A DNA stretch of 64,000 nucleotides, taken from Amphiscolops sp. MND2022. Taxonomy: Eukaryota. The notes beneath the pieces are model-generated. The model did no database searches and had not been told where the DNA came from. It saw nothing but the letters and a program-made list of their open reading frames with translations. The position numbers and the translations under genes are program-made. The stretch is from the NCBI GenBank assembly GCA_964187785.1, contig OZ076409.1, positions 55,492,001 through 55,556,000 of the forward strand. The letters run 5' to 3'. Below are positions 1 to 12,236 of this stretch, in pieces. Positions within the stretch are counted from its first letter, which is position 1, and every line of letters starts with the position of its first letter.

Positions 1-1153
1 GAGGAACAGCATCTTCATCCATGAATAGAAGAAATTTTCAAGGCAATCTAAAGGAAAAGAAAAATCAAGAAAGAAAAAACTACGCTATGTGAACGCAAAT
101 ACTCAAAAAAAAATTTACAACGTCACCCCTACGTATTCAGGAAAGATACACATTCTTCAACTTCACTGAAAGGCCTAATGAGGCATTGACGAGAACAAAA
201 CGTTTCCAGAAAAAACCCTACTGGTGAATAGAAGTTCATCAAGAAGCTCTGAAGAAAACCCTCTTAAAACCATTTTAGAAACTACGTTTCGTGAACGTAA
301 TCCTTTTGAGGAAATTGATGACGTCATGACGACGCTGATGAAAGAAAACGGAATTAGGATGAGGATTTCCTATTTTGACCAATCACAGAAAAGATTAAAG
401 TTCGTCGCCTTAGAAGGTCAGCACGGACCGGAACGAAAGCGGAAAAACCGACCAATAAAACTTCGAGGAAAACTACGACAGAAAGAAAATTGAAACGTTC
501 ACTCGTCGTTCAATTCCACTAATAGCAGGTTGGAAAATAAATCGCAAAAGAAATTCGTCAAACAAAACTACTAAAATGAGCGGATATTCGTTGGTGATTG
601 ACATCTCCTCTGATGAAGAAGAAAGGCGACAAAGCACCACTATCAAAGCACTGCCGCTAAATATGGTCAGGGCGCTTAATATAAGCGATTCCTCAGTTGA
701 AGTGTTGAGGGGAAGCGATGCGGATATGAACTCTGCGTCCGAAACCGAATGAAGACTGGAGTCAGCCCTGAAAAGAACAAAAAGAGAAACGGAAAGGTTA
801 CGTTTAACCTACCTCCCGCAGTAAAAGACTTGAAGACAGACTCAGATACGGATGAAAACTACGAAGAGCCGGACACCCCACGGAAACAGTCCCCCCAAAG
901 CCTTCATTTGTGAAAGACGTCTTCCCCATACACAAAACTGCAAAAGATTACCTGAACAACCTAGAAAGGCCTACAGCAGACAAACTAGCGGCAATGTACA
1001 GCTCAGACGACGAGAAGGACGTATACATGTCTGTTGGACGCGGACGTGGCCCGCATATCCTAAGAAACTACTCCGGTCGGCCTGCAGTGAGAGTAACAAA
1101 GGAGATCCCCCACTGCCACGGACTACCTACGTGCCTAGCAACAAGAGGGGCCC
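1..1153 (+). mobile_element. 3' internal region of a family A LTR retrotransposon (degenerate ORFs, purine-rich tract before the LTR)
   Basis: Lies directly 5' of the LTR that starts at 1154 and ends in AAGAGGGG-ccc (PPT-like). Contains broken ORFs (224-493, 575-752, 910-1263) with no recognisable domain. Confidence 0.55.
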
Positions 1154-1861
1154 TGTCAGGACCCGCTCCCGGTTGTAATTTCACCTGCTGTTCTGGGATA
1201 CCCGGGTACGGAAGGGGACGAGCAACGGCTTTTGCAAGTATTACTAAACTAGTTAAATTTTAACTCAATCAAATGTTTCACTTACAGTACAGCTGAATTA
1301 TCTGTACATATGTTTCCAAATCAAAATTTAACGCAAGCGTCACGGAATATTTTCAGAAATGATTTAGGACTAGCCAAATATTCCGGTTTAATGTTTTCAC
1401 GCGTAACGCTACTTTCATTTCCGGAATCGTCTTCTGAATTTTGTCATACTAATCTAAATATTAAATCAGAAACATTTTCTAATTGGGATCATTCTTCTTC
1501 TGTTCCACAACAAAATGAAAACATCAAAAAGTTATATTTAACTCCGAGATCCCAACGGAGTGCATACGATCTAAAATGAAAAACATACAGAACATAGGGG
1601 AGTTATTTCTCCAGTATTTGAGTAGTTGTCAATATTCACTTAAAGCCTCAGTCGATTGATTTTAAGCAAATGTTTACAACGTTATGACAGCGTCACTCAA
1701 CTGAGCTAATACTAGATGTTTATATTTTTACGGACCAATAGCGTCAATCCTCAACTGAACTTGCGCCGATAGAATTAAGCTCGGTTGCCCCTAGTAACGC
1801 CAATTAGCTAAGAGAAAGAGAATGAATTCGCCTACGCGCTCCGCTTTCCTCTTCGCCGCTC

Positions 1862-1980
1862 AGCTATAACTAATCCTAATACGTACGGAGCGGCTACGGA
1901 GCGGATTGTAAGGTTGTATTTCGCTGGTTAGCTATAACTAATCTTAATACGTACGGAGCGGTTACGGAGCGGATTGTAAA
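1862..1980 (+). repeat. Two-copy ~50 bp direct repeat inside LTR A (AGCTATAACTAATC(C/T)TAATACGTACGGAGCGG...), possible promoter/enhancer duplication
   Basis: Copies at about 1862-1911 and 1930-1980. A related duplicated motif is present in the solo LTRs (about 46610-46720, minus strand). Confidence 0.7.
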
Positions 1981-3050
1981 ACTGTAGATATGAAGTAATG
2001 GTACAAAAAGAATTATGGCAAAGTCTCCTTTTTTGAATTGACGCCTTTAGGTGATCTTTGGAATAGGAGTTCACATGAAGAAAAGTTGTACTGTAAGAAA
2101 AACCGAAGTATTAATTTGATGCTGCCAAATGTGAAATACGGTTGACTTACGTTGCAATTTACTCATCAACAAAAGGGTTTCGATTGAATAGCTTCATATT
2201 ATGGACGATATATTGTGGCAATGAAATAGAAAAATGCAGCGTAAGATTAACTCACTTTCCAAATGCCTTCTTATAATTTCCTGTGTTTGTGACACTACCA
2301 TAATCATGAGTTGCTACCTATTTGATACCAGTCTGTTGTCTGTGTTGATAAGTGGAAACTTTTTACATTATTCTCCTAACTTCTATGGAAATGATGTTTT
2401 GTACAAACGGGTTGTTCCCGTTGTAACTGTTAATGTTTGTGTTTAACCCATACTAGTGCTAAAGGTATGGTGAATGTTTGTTTAAGTTATAATTTGCAAT
2501 ATGCTGTTTCAGCATCGTTTGTTCCTTTACAGTATTTAGGTATTTCCCATTTTTATATTCCTTTACTCCGTTTCATTTCCCTCAATATTTTTGAGCGTCA
2601 TACTTTTGCTTCGAGCATTGATTTCCTAACTTGGGAAGTGACCAATTGATCACGCCGGCGTGTCTTCGTCGATGAAAATTTCAGCTAGACCTTTATTTTA
2701 TCGCAATTTTGAGACTTAAACAGGAAATGGAATTGCCTGAACAGAAATGATTTCAACCAGTATTACGGAATAACGACACAACTAGGAATTTTGATACCTA
2801 ATTTTATGACCCGGGCTGAAATAATTTGAATCATAAGCTCTTTTTGATGAACAAACCTGATTTTTAAGATACCTATTAATTTTTAGGTGAGGAACAAATG
2901 ATGCTGGAAGGGTATAAATTTGTAAGACTTTCATGTAAAGTTAGTTAGTTTTGTGATACCGTACTGTTTAAACTGTTCCGTTAAAACAACGAAAATACCT
3001 TCTTCTAAGAATTTAACATTGTCGAATTTTTTGAATTTTCAACCTGGAAA

Positions 3051-3429
3051 ATGACAACTAGAAGCCAAAAGAGGAAAGTTGTAGCTGAGCTAGTTTCTGG
3101 GGATTTCGAAATCCCTGTGAACGAGAATATCCCGTTTGAGGATTTAATTGCAGGCCCTAGTAAAACTCTCAGGATTGAGCCAGAAAACTTAGACGAAATA
3201 AAAACGTCTTTGAGGAAAGAAATCCTATCTGACCTGTCAAAAATTTTAGCTGTGAACCAAAAGGAAATGCTTAAGTTGACAGCACCTTTGAGTAAAAAAC
3301 GCCCCATCTGTACTAATGACCAGGAATCTGATTCTGAACCTGAAAACATCTCCGTTGCTAGAACGTCAACACCTGTCAAATCAACAATTGCGACTAGCTC
3401 TGGAACTACCCCAGTAAATAGTCGTAACA
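3051..3429 (+). CDS. LTR-embedded ORF (126 aa to the LTR end), probable Gag N-terminus
   Basis: MTTRSQKRK start with a coiled-coil-like segment (LDEIKTSLRKEILSDLSKIL). Same 379-nt length and clear protein similarity in the diverged solo LTR (45412-45034). Continues into flanking DNA to 3494. Confidence 0.65.
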
Positions 3430-4185
3430 GCGCCTACTTTAGAAGTTCTCGTCTTTTTAGAAAATTGAATCTTGTTTTCATCAAGAGTTCGTAAAATTTT
3501 CGGGAACTTTACATTTTTTGCAAGTTGAATTCATCCCAGGGACAGGCCGACGGTTCGAATGCATTAGCTACTAGAATCAGCCTCTACAGTGTCGATGTCC
3601 ATTTAGTTTCTGATGTGCGCAATCATGCTACTTTTGTGTTTGCCACGCTGGTTTTCGTTCATTCGCTTCTTGTATTAACTATTCGTAGAAATATCATTTT
3701 AATCATCATTTTTATCATCATTTCTCTGATTATTACTTAAAAAGTTATATCCTGTTCCTTTAACTTTGGGTAAGTTACAAGTGACAACCCAGGATCAAAA
3801 AGTTTGATAGCTGGAAGTCCAAAAAATGGGTTTCGAAGTAATTTCGAAGAACTTACTACAGAAATACGTATGAAGACTATAGATCACAATTGTAATGCAA
3901 CTGATGTTCTTGTATCAAGATTAAATTATATGGCTGCTTCTCTATAAAAGCAAATCTGTAATAAGCAACATTACAACGATCTTCGAACGCTGAATTTGAA
4001 GGTGAGACGATTCCTTGGTAACATGGTAAAAACTAAGCACCAGAAAAGTTCACTTTTTGATTTGATTCATGAAGTTAGTCCAATGATTAGTTATCAACAA
4101 CAAACTTGAAGAGGAAGGTATCACAGCATGAAAACTATATTGTTTATGAAATGATTTATGAAAAGATTCGGACGTCAAGATGACA

Positions 4186-4856
4186 ACCCGGTTTTCCCTC
4201 CCTTACAAAAAAAGAGGTCAATCATACTCTGCCATCATACTCACAGTTTGATTCCAGGCTGACCATACTCTGGACATATATGGTCTAGTCTTTGATACGT
4301 CATGTTCCATAAAAAAGCAAAGTTTATGGTTCCAGCCTGACCATATTCTGGGCCATATATGGTTCAGTCTATGATCAGCCTGGAGCCATAACTCTTTATG
4401 GCCCAGAGTATGGTCAGCCTGGAGCCATAAATAGAAAATTAGTATAATATAGTCAATTAACGCATACACTGATGAAATTACAAGATATTCCTGAATCAAA
4501 GATCCACTACAATCACCAAATTGAAAACGAGGTAGCAATCATCAATTTTTGGCAGCTTTTGCTGAAATATTGGCAATTTTTTTTTCGAAATAATCGAAAA
4601 TAGTTAGTTATTAACTACGGAGTGGCTGAGAACAAATTGAGTGACTACACTTTGTCTTTAACTCCGCTTTTAGCTTTCCAAATTTATGATTCCAGGCTGA
4701 TCATACTCTGCACTATATATGATTCCAGGCCGATCATACTCTGCACCATATATGATTCCAGGCCGATCATGGCAAGATCATAGTAAGCATTTTTGTATGG
4801 ATTGTATGGTGCCATAATATGGTCAGATTATGATCGGCCTGGTCGGAAAACCCGGG
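4186..4856. mobile_element. MITE-like non-autonomous element with internal ATGATTCCAGGCTGATCATACTCTG repeats
   Basis: Imperfect TIRs CCCGGTTTTCC...GGAAAACCCGGG and subterminal repeats. A related copy lies at 20736-21077. Confidence 0.65.
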
Positions 4857-5019
4857 ATGAAATAATTGAAAGTGAAAAAAAAGACCTTAAAAATGTTTAC
4901 TCTCTCAATGACGTTCAAATCCTGAATTAATTACAGAGGTGGCAGCACATTTATGCAAAACAAATCAAGCTCATCGAGTGGAACGTCATACCAAGTAAAC
5001 AGATACTTTCGCCTATTAG

Positions 5020-5304
5020 ATTACGATGAATGTCAAGAGGATCAAAACATTGTATGCGAAGACAGTTCTACGATCTGTGTCAACAGTGAAGGAAGTTTCC
5101 ACTGTGAGTGCGTTCAGGGATATTGGAGACCTGATGACTCACAATCATGTGAAGATTGGGATGAATGCAATTGCGGCCTGAACAAAACTGAGTGCGACAC
5201 ATTCATTTGTGGACAGTTGCGTGTGTGTACAAACAGTCCCGGCTCATTCACGTGTGACTGTCAAGAAAGATATGTACAAGGTGTCTCCGATTTCAACTGC
5301 GTCG
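5020..5304 (+). CDS. Host exon encoding two calcium-binding EGF-like domains
   Basis: AG acceptor at 5018-5019, GTGAGT donor at 5305, 285 bp phase 1-1. Reads DYDEC...CVNSEGSFHCEC and DWDEC...CTNSPGSFTCDC. Confidence 0.9.
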
Positions 5305-5604
5305 GTGAGTTCCACAAAAAATCTGCAAATTAGGAGGGGTTTGGTTTTGGACCGGACGTTCTTGTTGAATATATGATGGTCACAAAAATCAACCTGTGTT
5401 CGGAACACGTCCAATGCCTGCTCCAGAAATATTCACTTATTTCAAAATTATGAAAATGTTGATTCTTTTCTCTTCTTCATAATTGATTGTAATCAGTTGA
5501 AAGCAAGACCTATTTATGCATATCTTCGTTGATTAAAAAACCAAAGAGTACAACCTAGTTTGTCTCAATTTCCGCTCTTTCAATCATAATTATATATTGT
5601 ATAT

Positions 5605-6264
5605 TTGGAATCAAGAACTCGTATTCTAAAAGACGCACTCAAATCTGAACAAGAAAACCAGAAAGAAATCACAAGAAAAAAATCATTTGTTTTTTCCTCA
5701 GTACATTTTTTATATTCGAAACTTTCGAAATTGATAAAATTATTAAACTTTACGGGTTTAGACTATTTATTAGCAACTATTAATTATTTAACAGAACGCA
5801 ACTATTTATTAAAAATTACCCACGAGAATTTGATACAGGAACTAAATCACCCCATCGATAAAGTGTGTGGCATTTATTCAGCTGTGAAGCATGCAGTGGG
5901 TATGGCTCTAGGGTCCAAGTTTGGCTACTCCGGGATTATTTGCATCGCTGACAATTTTGCAAAAAGAAGCCTTGGATTCGAAAATGAGAAAGATGTCATG
6001 TTTTCAATTCAAAATGCCTGCACTGAAGTTGGATGCAATGAATCTTGGGACTCAGTTCTCGGCAAATCTTGGGACAGAAGACCAGGTTCATACGAAGAAA
6101 GCGATAAATACATCAAGTCAATGAGATTTTATATCCGGAAAATATTCAGCATGTCCTTCATTAAATGTGGTTTGGTGACAATTGAAGGGGTGTATCCAGC
6201 TTCAAGCTACCGAGAAGTAATTAGACACAATTTGAAAGAGGCCCAATCCGATTATTTGATGTAG
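5605..6264 (+). CDS. Uncharacterised 219-aa ORF within the presumed host intron, possibly a mobile-element remnant
   Basis: Long stop-free frame in AT-rich DNA. No ATG at the annotated start and no recognisable motif. Confidence 0.3.
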   Translation: MESRTRILKDALKSEQENQKEITRKKSFVFSSVHFLYSKLSKLIKLLNFTGLDYLLATINYLTERNYLLKITHENLIQELNHPIDKVCGIYSAVKHAVGMALGSKFGYSGIICIADNFAKRSLGFENEKDVMFSIQNACTEVGCNESWDSVLGKSWDRRPGSYEESDKYIKSMRFYIRKIFSMSFIKCGLVTIEGVYPASSYREVIRHNLKEAQSDYLM

Positions 6265-6979
6265 TCGTGAACATGATTCTGTACTTTGGTAAACTTCAAT
6301 GAAATTTATTTTCGTGTTCAAATTTTTGACTCAAATTTAAAATAGTTCTAATATTTCTTTTATATTCCTAGTTTAAAAGTTTTTGAAAACTCAAAGAGTG
6401 ACTCGAAGAGATAATAACAATTAGGATGGTCTAATTCGTTTTCCGGAACCTGTTTCATGTGGCCAAAATCGATGAGGTTTGAAAGTTCAAAGAGTGACTC
6501 GAATTCAATTTCCTTTTGCTTTTGTTGCTCCTGCTGGTTTCAGACAACTGGTTTCTAATAATTCATTGAAAGACTCGATTTCAATTGAAGTTTTTCCTTT
6601 GTTGCTCATAGATTAGAAATTTTTACTAATTCTTTGAAAGACTCGATGTCAATTCAATTTTGCTTTTGTTACTCACGGTTTAGAAACTTTTGACAAGTAA
6701 CGAAGTAAAAAGCTAAAACGGAGGTGCTATTAATTCAGAAAAAAATCTTTGCTGCAAAAAATTGAATTATTCATTCAAAAAATCTAGTAAAAGTCTCAAT
6801 TAAAAAATATTTTAGCACCTTAGAATCTAACTGGTTCAGAACAATTTAACCTGAGCAATCATTGTAAACCTTTATTATAATTTTAACAATGATTCTTCCG
6901 TAAATTTGATGAAAAAAAATATCAACTGATCAATTAAATTCACTATTGTAACATTTGAATAAGAATTCGGGAAAATTTT

Positions 6980-7302
6980 CTAAGAATCCAGACAATTTCC
7001 AAGAATCGACAAAAACTTCAAGAATCGACAAATTTCGAGAATCGACAAACTAATGTTAACACATTATCTCCATGTATTAAAATTAGTGTCTAGATTCTCG
7101 AATCTCTTTTTCTCGATTCTTGAAATTAGTGGAAATACATGCGCACTATTGTTTTCTCAATTCTTGACTTTTATAGGCGGCATAAACAATTTCTTTGAAG
7201 TTCAAATTTCAAGAATCGGGAAAAAATTCACTTCGCTGCGTTAAACTACCACTTTTCTTGATTCTTGAAAAATTGAACATTTCCCACTTTGGCCCCGTAA
7301 TG
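6980..7302. repeat. AAGAATCGA-rich MITE/foldback-like repeat, right end CCCACTTTGGCCCCGTAATG
   Basis: Direct and inverted AAGAATCGA motifs. The same terminal 20-mer recurs at 10108-10127 and a related inverted one at 23093-23113. Confidence 0.55.
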
Positions 7303-7629
7303 TACATCAAATATAAGTTGATGCAGTAAAAATGTTTGTAAGGCCCTTGAAGCCGAGTTTTTGTGATCATGTCGATAATAATGAGAGAATCCCAGAAGAT
7401 CGAACCGGTTCTGGGTGAAAACTTTTCCACTTACTGTGCATCAAATTTTGCGATGAGTTCATTGACCCATTTGACCTGAATATGGTTCGCTCTCCTATTT
7501 TGGTCTGGTTATGTTGTGGACTCTATTATGTCCATTATGGCCCCATGATGGGGGAGCATGATGTAGCGATTACAGCTTTCCACATGTACTGGGCCGTATC
7601 AGATCAGATCTTTGTCAACTCACCATTGC

Positions 7630-7765
7630 TCGAACTTGAGCAATTCCGTCATCCCTAGTTTAGTGTTGTGGTCAAAGACGGAAAAATAACTCACTCGGGC
7701 AAAGCAAAAAGAGCCACGGGGAGCAGTCACTTTGAAACAACAACTTCAAGCCGACTATTGTTTGA
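7630..7765. repeat. Diverged dispersed repeat, homologous to 19483-19635
   Basis: Shared blocks TTGAGCAA..TCATCCCTAG(T/C)TTAGTG..GCAGTCAC..TTTGAAAC..CTTCAAGCCGAC. Confidence 0.6.
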
Positions 7766-8493
7766 CCTCTTGGTATGGTAAATATGGTACCCTCGTTGAA
7801 ACTTCTTGAACTTTTTGCATGTACTTTAATGTTGCCAGCAACTTTTATTATGATTTTCCAAAACTCATACGGAAACTTTAATGAGAAAATATTTACCTGT
7901 TGTATTCGACTTTTATCAAGCTGCTTGAAAGATTCATTAAAGTTTTGGCGGCAATTTTACGCCTTGAAGTTTTGCATGTTTCATTAAGAAGCAGTTCTAA
8001 TTTTAAAAGCAAACAAATTGCTCTCAGTTTAACAGCCATTTTAATGCAAAATTACTTCAGTCACCTAATAAACTGCAATATACCGTCATGTTTAGCGTCC
8101 TATTTGAGACGCGGTGATCACATCAGATGAGTAGTTGAGAAAGCAAATTGTAAATACAATAAGGTCGTGTCGGTGATGATGTTGTATCTATTTTCAAATT
8201 TAATTGCAGTAGTGGAAAATGCAGTGTAATTCTACAAGATTTACCACCTGAATTACCTTGAATTTTCTAGATTTTATAAACAATTACCCTGCATGCAGGC
8301 CTGCAGCATGTACAAAGTTCCTGCAGTCTCAACTAGGGTACTGTAGCTTGCTATGGGAAAATAATACCTGAAAATGCGCCAACTTAGAAAAGCAGAACAC
8401 CCTTCCCGCCGAATTTTTGAAATATTTTTTTTTTGGAAATATTCTTTTTTGGACTCCATGTCACAGATATTTTTGGAGCTTTCGACCTTAAAC

Positions 8494-8533
8494 TCAACTG
8501 GGAAGACGGTAAATTTACCGTCTTCCCAGTTGA
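8494..8533. repeat. Perfect 40-bp palindrome
   Basis: TCAACTGGGAAGACGGTAAA|TTTACCGTCTTCCCAGTTGA. Confidence 0.95.
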
Positions 8534-8626
8534 TCGGCTTTTTTCTGCAAACCGCGTGAACGACTGATACAATCAATGGTTTATGACAACTGATCAGTAA
8601 TAAAATTTTACACGTGTTTCATTCAG

Positions 8627-8737
8627 ATCTCAACGAATGTGTAGATGAACATGATAGATGTGGAGCTAACACGATGGGATCATACTCTTGTAGATGTAGA
8701 GTGGGCTACATTTGGCACTCCTCTGGTGAATGCGAAA
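8627..8737 (+). CDS. Host exon encoding one calcium-binding EGF-like domain with only 5 Cys
   Basis: TTCAG acceptor, GTTAGC donor, 111 bp phase 1-1. Reads DLNECVDEHDRCGANTMGSYSCRCRVGYIWHSSGECE. Confidence 0.8.
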
Positions 8738-8802
8738 GTTAGCTAAGGCTTGTATTGTATTGGTTCTCGAGGTTTAGTCGATTAAGTGCCATGAATTTTC
8801 AG

Positions 8803-9236
8803 ATATTGGTTGGTTTGTTTCAGAGGAATATCCTGGATGGGAAGTTCAATTGCACTATTATACTTACCTTGGATTACGTTTCCAACACCTAATGCAAACC
8901 GATATCTATGGTTCTACGAACAGTTATCATGACGAAGATTACAAAAACGTAAATTTTGGAGTTAATATCCAAGCAGCTGACCTGATTATGTTCGTCTTGT
9001 ACGACGAACAGGGGAAGACGTTTGAAGAACTGCTATTTGTTGATAACAGCAATGGAGCAAACGCTATCTGCCGATGGTTTACAGCTCAACGATTCGATCA
9101 CTCAAATGGCATTTGGAACGATGGAACGTTGAAGGGAACCCAAGAATTCACTTTCAATTCCTCATTTTTTGAGATAACAACTGGAAATGATGTCACGTGT
9201 GAAGAGGTAGGGTTCCTGAAGTTGACCTGTGACCCG
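8803..9236 (+). CDS. Host exon, unassigned extracellular-type domain
   Basis: TTTTCAG acceptor after a 65-bp intron, in frame with the EGF exon and with ORF 8850-9245. The 3' donor is uncertain (GTGAAA at 9237 or GTAGGG at 9207). Confidence 0.65.
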
Positions 9237-9248
9237 GTGAAATAACCT

Positions 9249-9770
9249 TGATGACTCAACTCATAACTCATAACTTGGCTCTTGGTTTAGAAAAAATTGA
9301 TGACTCAACTCATAACTTGGCTCATGGATTAGAAATAATCTTGATGATATTTATTTAAAATTGAGAATGAAATTGCAATGAGAATAAAAATCGAGAACGA
9401 AATTTATTTAAAATTGAGAATCAAATTTTGTTGCACTGGTTTGTTGGGGGAATGGGTTCTGATTTGTTGATAAGCAGGTTTGTTCATCGATGCCATTCGT
9501 GGACAGTAATGTCTGCCAGCAAAACCTGCCATGTGTATTTCAAGAAGGACGGAACGAACAGATGGCTTGAAGTTGAAAAGGCCTTGCGTTTTGATCCCAA
9601 GCCAGTCCGCCAAGTCCCGGGTATTGGCCAAAGCAGTAGAAAGTCCAACCACGCGAACCTGAACAAATTTTTGATTTAAAATTGAGAATTCAAATAAAAT
9701 TGGTTTGAAAAAGGATGATATTTATATAAAAGCGAGAATGAATTTTTTTTAAAACTGAGAATCAAATCTC
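9249..9770. repeat. Repeat with tandem ATGACTCAACTCATAACTTGGCTC and AAAATTGAGAAT motifs
   Basis: Short motifs visibly repeated at 9250-9330, 9355-9425 and 9675-9765. Confidence 0.5.
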
Positions 9771-9794
9771 TAACATTTAGTGTGATTAGATTAG

Positions 9795-10127
9795 ACCAAG
9801 AATTGATGAAAAGTTTTGAAGAATTGACATACAATTTTCAAGAATTCATATAAATTTTAAGAATCAACGTAAAATTGAAGAATCGAGAAAGTTTCAAGAA
9901 TCGAGAAAAACAGCTAGAAGCTGTTTTTCTCGATTCTTGAAACTTTTCTCGATTCTTGCATGCTATGCATTATATTTAAATCAAGAATCGAGAAAAATCC
10001 CCACTTGCTTTCGCTTAGTTTTTCTCGATTCTTGAAATTTGCATGTATTACCATTAGTTCAAGAATTCAAAAATTACTACAACGAAATCGTTGTAGTTCA
10101 CGTTTTTCCCACTTTGGCCTCGTAATG
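9795..10127. repeat. Second AAGAATCGA-rich element, including an ~80-bp hairpin at 9878-9957
   Basis: Arms AAGAATCGAGAAAGTTTCAAGAATCGAGAAAAACAGCT and its complement around a 3-nt loop. Terminal 20-mer shared with 7283-7302. Confidence 0.65.
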
Positions 10128-11044
10128 CCGCGAAACCGAGTGCGATCAGTTCAAATGGTGGTTGAATGACCCAAGCTTGTTGAATTTGTGTGTTTTCCAA
10201 GGAAAGTGCTCCCGGTAACTACCGAAGTGGCTCGTGGGCGAAAGGCATTCAAATTCTTACCAGATTGGAAGTATGATCAAATTGGATAAGTCTATTTTCA
10301 TGATATAATGCCGAATTTAAATGACAAATTATCATACTACTCATGAACATTATTTACTACTTATTAATTGCAGTGACGGATTTGAACCACAATTTTTTGT
10401 GATGCTCTTACTTCATGAACAGACTGCTTTTAGGAATTCTTAAATGTAGAAGATATTGCTTATAAGCGTTCGATTTTTTTCGTTTGCAAGTTTTTCATTG
10501 TTCTCTTTTGCTTTCTTTTCATTTCGAATGATTTGCTTCTCCACTTCGTAGAAAATTTGGAAAATGTGTTCCTAACTTGAGAAAAATGTACTTCGCAACG
10601 CTAGAGCGGAACATTCAAGCTTTTTCCAGATCAACAACTACTCTTTTCGAGTATCGCATTTTTTTATGTAGTTCTTCACAATTCATGTTTTGAAATGTTT
10701 CCAGGTACATGCGACAACTTCAGCATCGTCCCCTGTAGTGCTTGAACTGCTCAGATCTCGAAGACTGCCATCAGAACTCATTCTTTGTTTAATGGATAAT
10801 ATATCTCCAGCTTTCGAAGTTTTGCAAATTGTGTTGCTGTCCGTGGAAGAAACAAACTCCATTTGTCAAACTTTCGCATGATTTTCCAATTTTCTTTGGT
10901 GCTGCAACTACAATACTTACTGTTATAATATTTGAAAATCGAAACAATTAAATTTTGGTTATTCCAGTTTTCGAAAATATTCAATATAAAATCTCAAATG
11001 GCTCAAAAACACACGTAGAACGTATTAAGCTTTGCAAGTTACAA

Positions 11045-11317
11045 CGAAAATCTTGGAATGCTTTGCAAAATGCATGAAAAAATCCTGGTTGGATTGGCAA
11101 GATGGATAGAAAAATCTTGGTATGCTTGGCAAGACACATGGAAAAGCTTGGTAAGATACATGGAAAATCTTGGTACGCTTGGTAAGACGCATGGTCAGCC
11201 TTGCCATGATCTTGCATGATCATGGTAGCCTTTGTAAGATCTTGGCAAGATCTTGCCAAGATCTTGGCAAGCATACCCATGCATCTTGGCAAGCGTGCCA
11301 AGATTCGTGTCACTGGG
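11045..11317. mobile_element. MITE-like fragment rich in CCAAGATCTTGG palindromic units
   Basis: Repeated ATCTTGGCAAG/CTTGCCAAGAT units, ending CACTGGG followed by TA. Left end not identified. Confidence 0.5.
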
Positions 11318-11759
11318 TAGTGTCAAAAATTGCCATGTTAATGATATTTAACACAGCTGTTTTATTTTCGTTGCTCCTTTTGCAAATATATTAGCCAGTT
11401 GCATAGATCTTTGCTGACTGGATGGAAAATTGTAGAACAGGTAAAGTAGTCTTCTGACCAAACTCTAGCTCTCTGTAGGTAAGTTTTGGAATTCAGTGCA
11501 AAATGCTATGTGCACTGGATGATCCGAGGAACATTTTGTATCTCTGGAATCACATTGGGATAGAAATTTAACGGTTCACAAAGCAGAAAAGTTTGAAAAT
11601 TGTAAATTTTGTCACTCAAGCCACAAAAACTATTGAGTGATTAGGGTAAACTGGAGAAATGGGCTGGCTGCTTTGTCGGTTTCCAGAAAACAAATCTCAT
11701 GTATATTTTTCAAAATAGCTCTGTAATTCACAAGTAACTTAACGCGAACTTTCCAAGAA

Positions 11760-12236
11760 TCAAGCTCAAGGGGAACTTTTTCAGATACAAAAAAATTGTA
11801 CGCAAAGCATCCAAAAAATTAATATGGGGACGCTTTGAAGTCATTGAAAATTTTTCGAAGAATGTCTCACAATAACGAAAAAACTCAAAGAGGGACACTT
11901 TCGGATTTTTCAGCACATCTGTCTCGAAACTCAAAAAAAAGAAGGGACTATTGGAGGTCTCAAAAGATTTTTCGGAATGAGTATCACAATGCCGAACAAA
12001 ATGAAAGGGGTGACCCTTTGGGGTTTTTCAACATTTCTGTGGCAAAACTCTCGCCCGGTATTGTATGTTGCGCTAAAAAAGGAACAACTCTTTTGGTTAT
12101 GTTCCTTGGACCAAATAGTCCAGTTTGACCTCTTAAAGTATCGTAGAACTTTTACCAACTAGCTTGGTCAGTTCGTGTGGATTGAAAGAAGTAACTAGTA
12201 TAGTCGCGTTTCACATCATGAAGCGCCGACTAAAAA
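11760..12236 (-). mobile_element. Partial Helentron-associated non-autonomous element (HINE/DINE-1-like)
   Basis: Terminus AGTCGCGTTTCACATCATGAAGCGCCGACTAAAA shared with 13229-13263 and, inverted, with 26547-26582. Confidence 0.6.

Larger units (their letters stand above)
1154..3429 (+). mobile_element. 3' LTR of family A LTR retrotransposon (2276 bp)
   Basis: TG...CA termini with imperfect inverted ends (TGTCAGGAC...GTCGTAACA). Homologous at both termini and in internal blocks to the TSD-flanked solo LTRs at 45034-47435 and 55649-58091. Confidence 0.88.

Noticed and set aside
4240..4780. CRISPR-like repeated 25-mers
   Set aside because: Irregular spacing, no unique spacers, eukaryotic context, no cas genes; these are MITE subterminal repeats.
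10981..11394. Overlapping ORFs on both strands
   Set aside because: By-products of palindromic MITE repeats.
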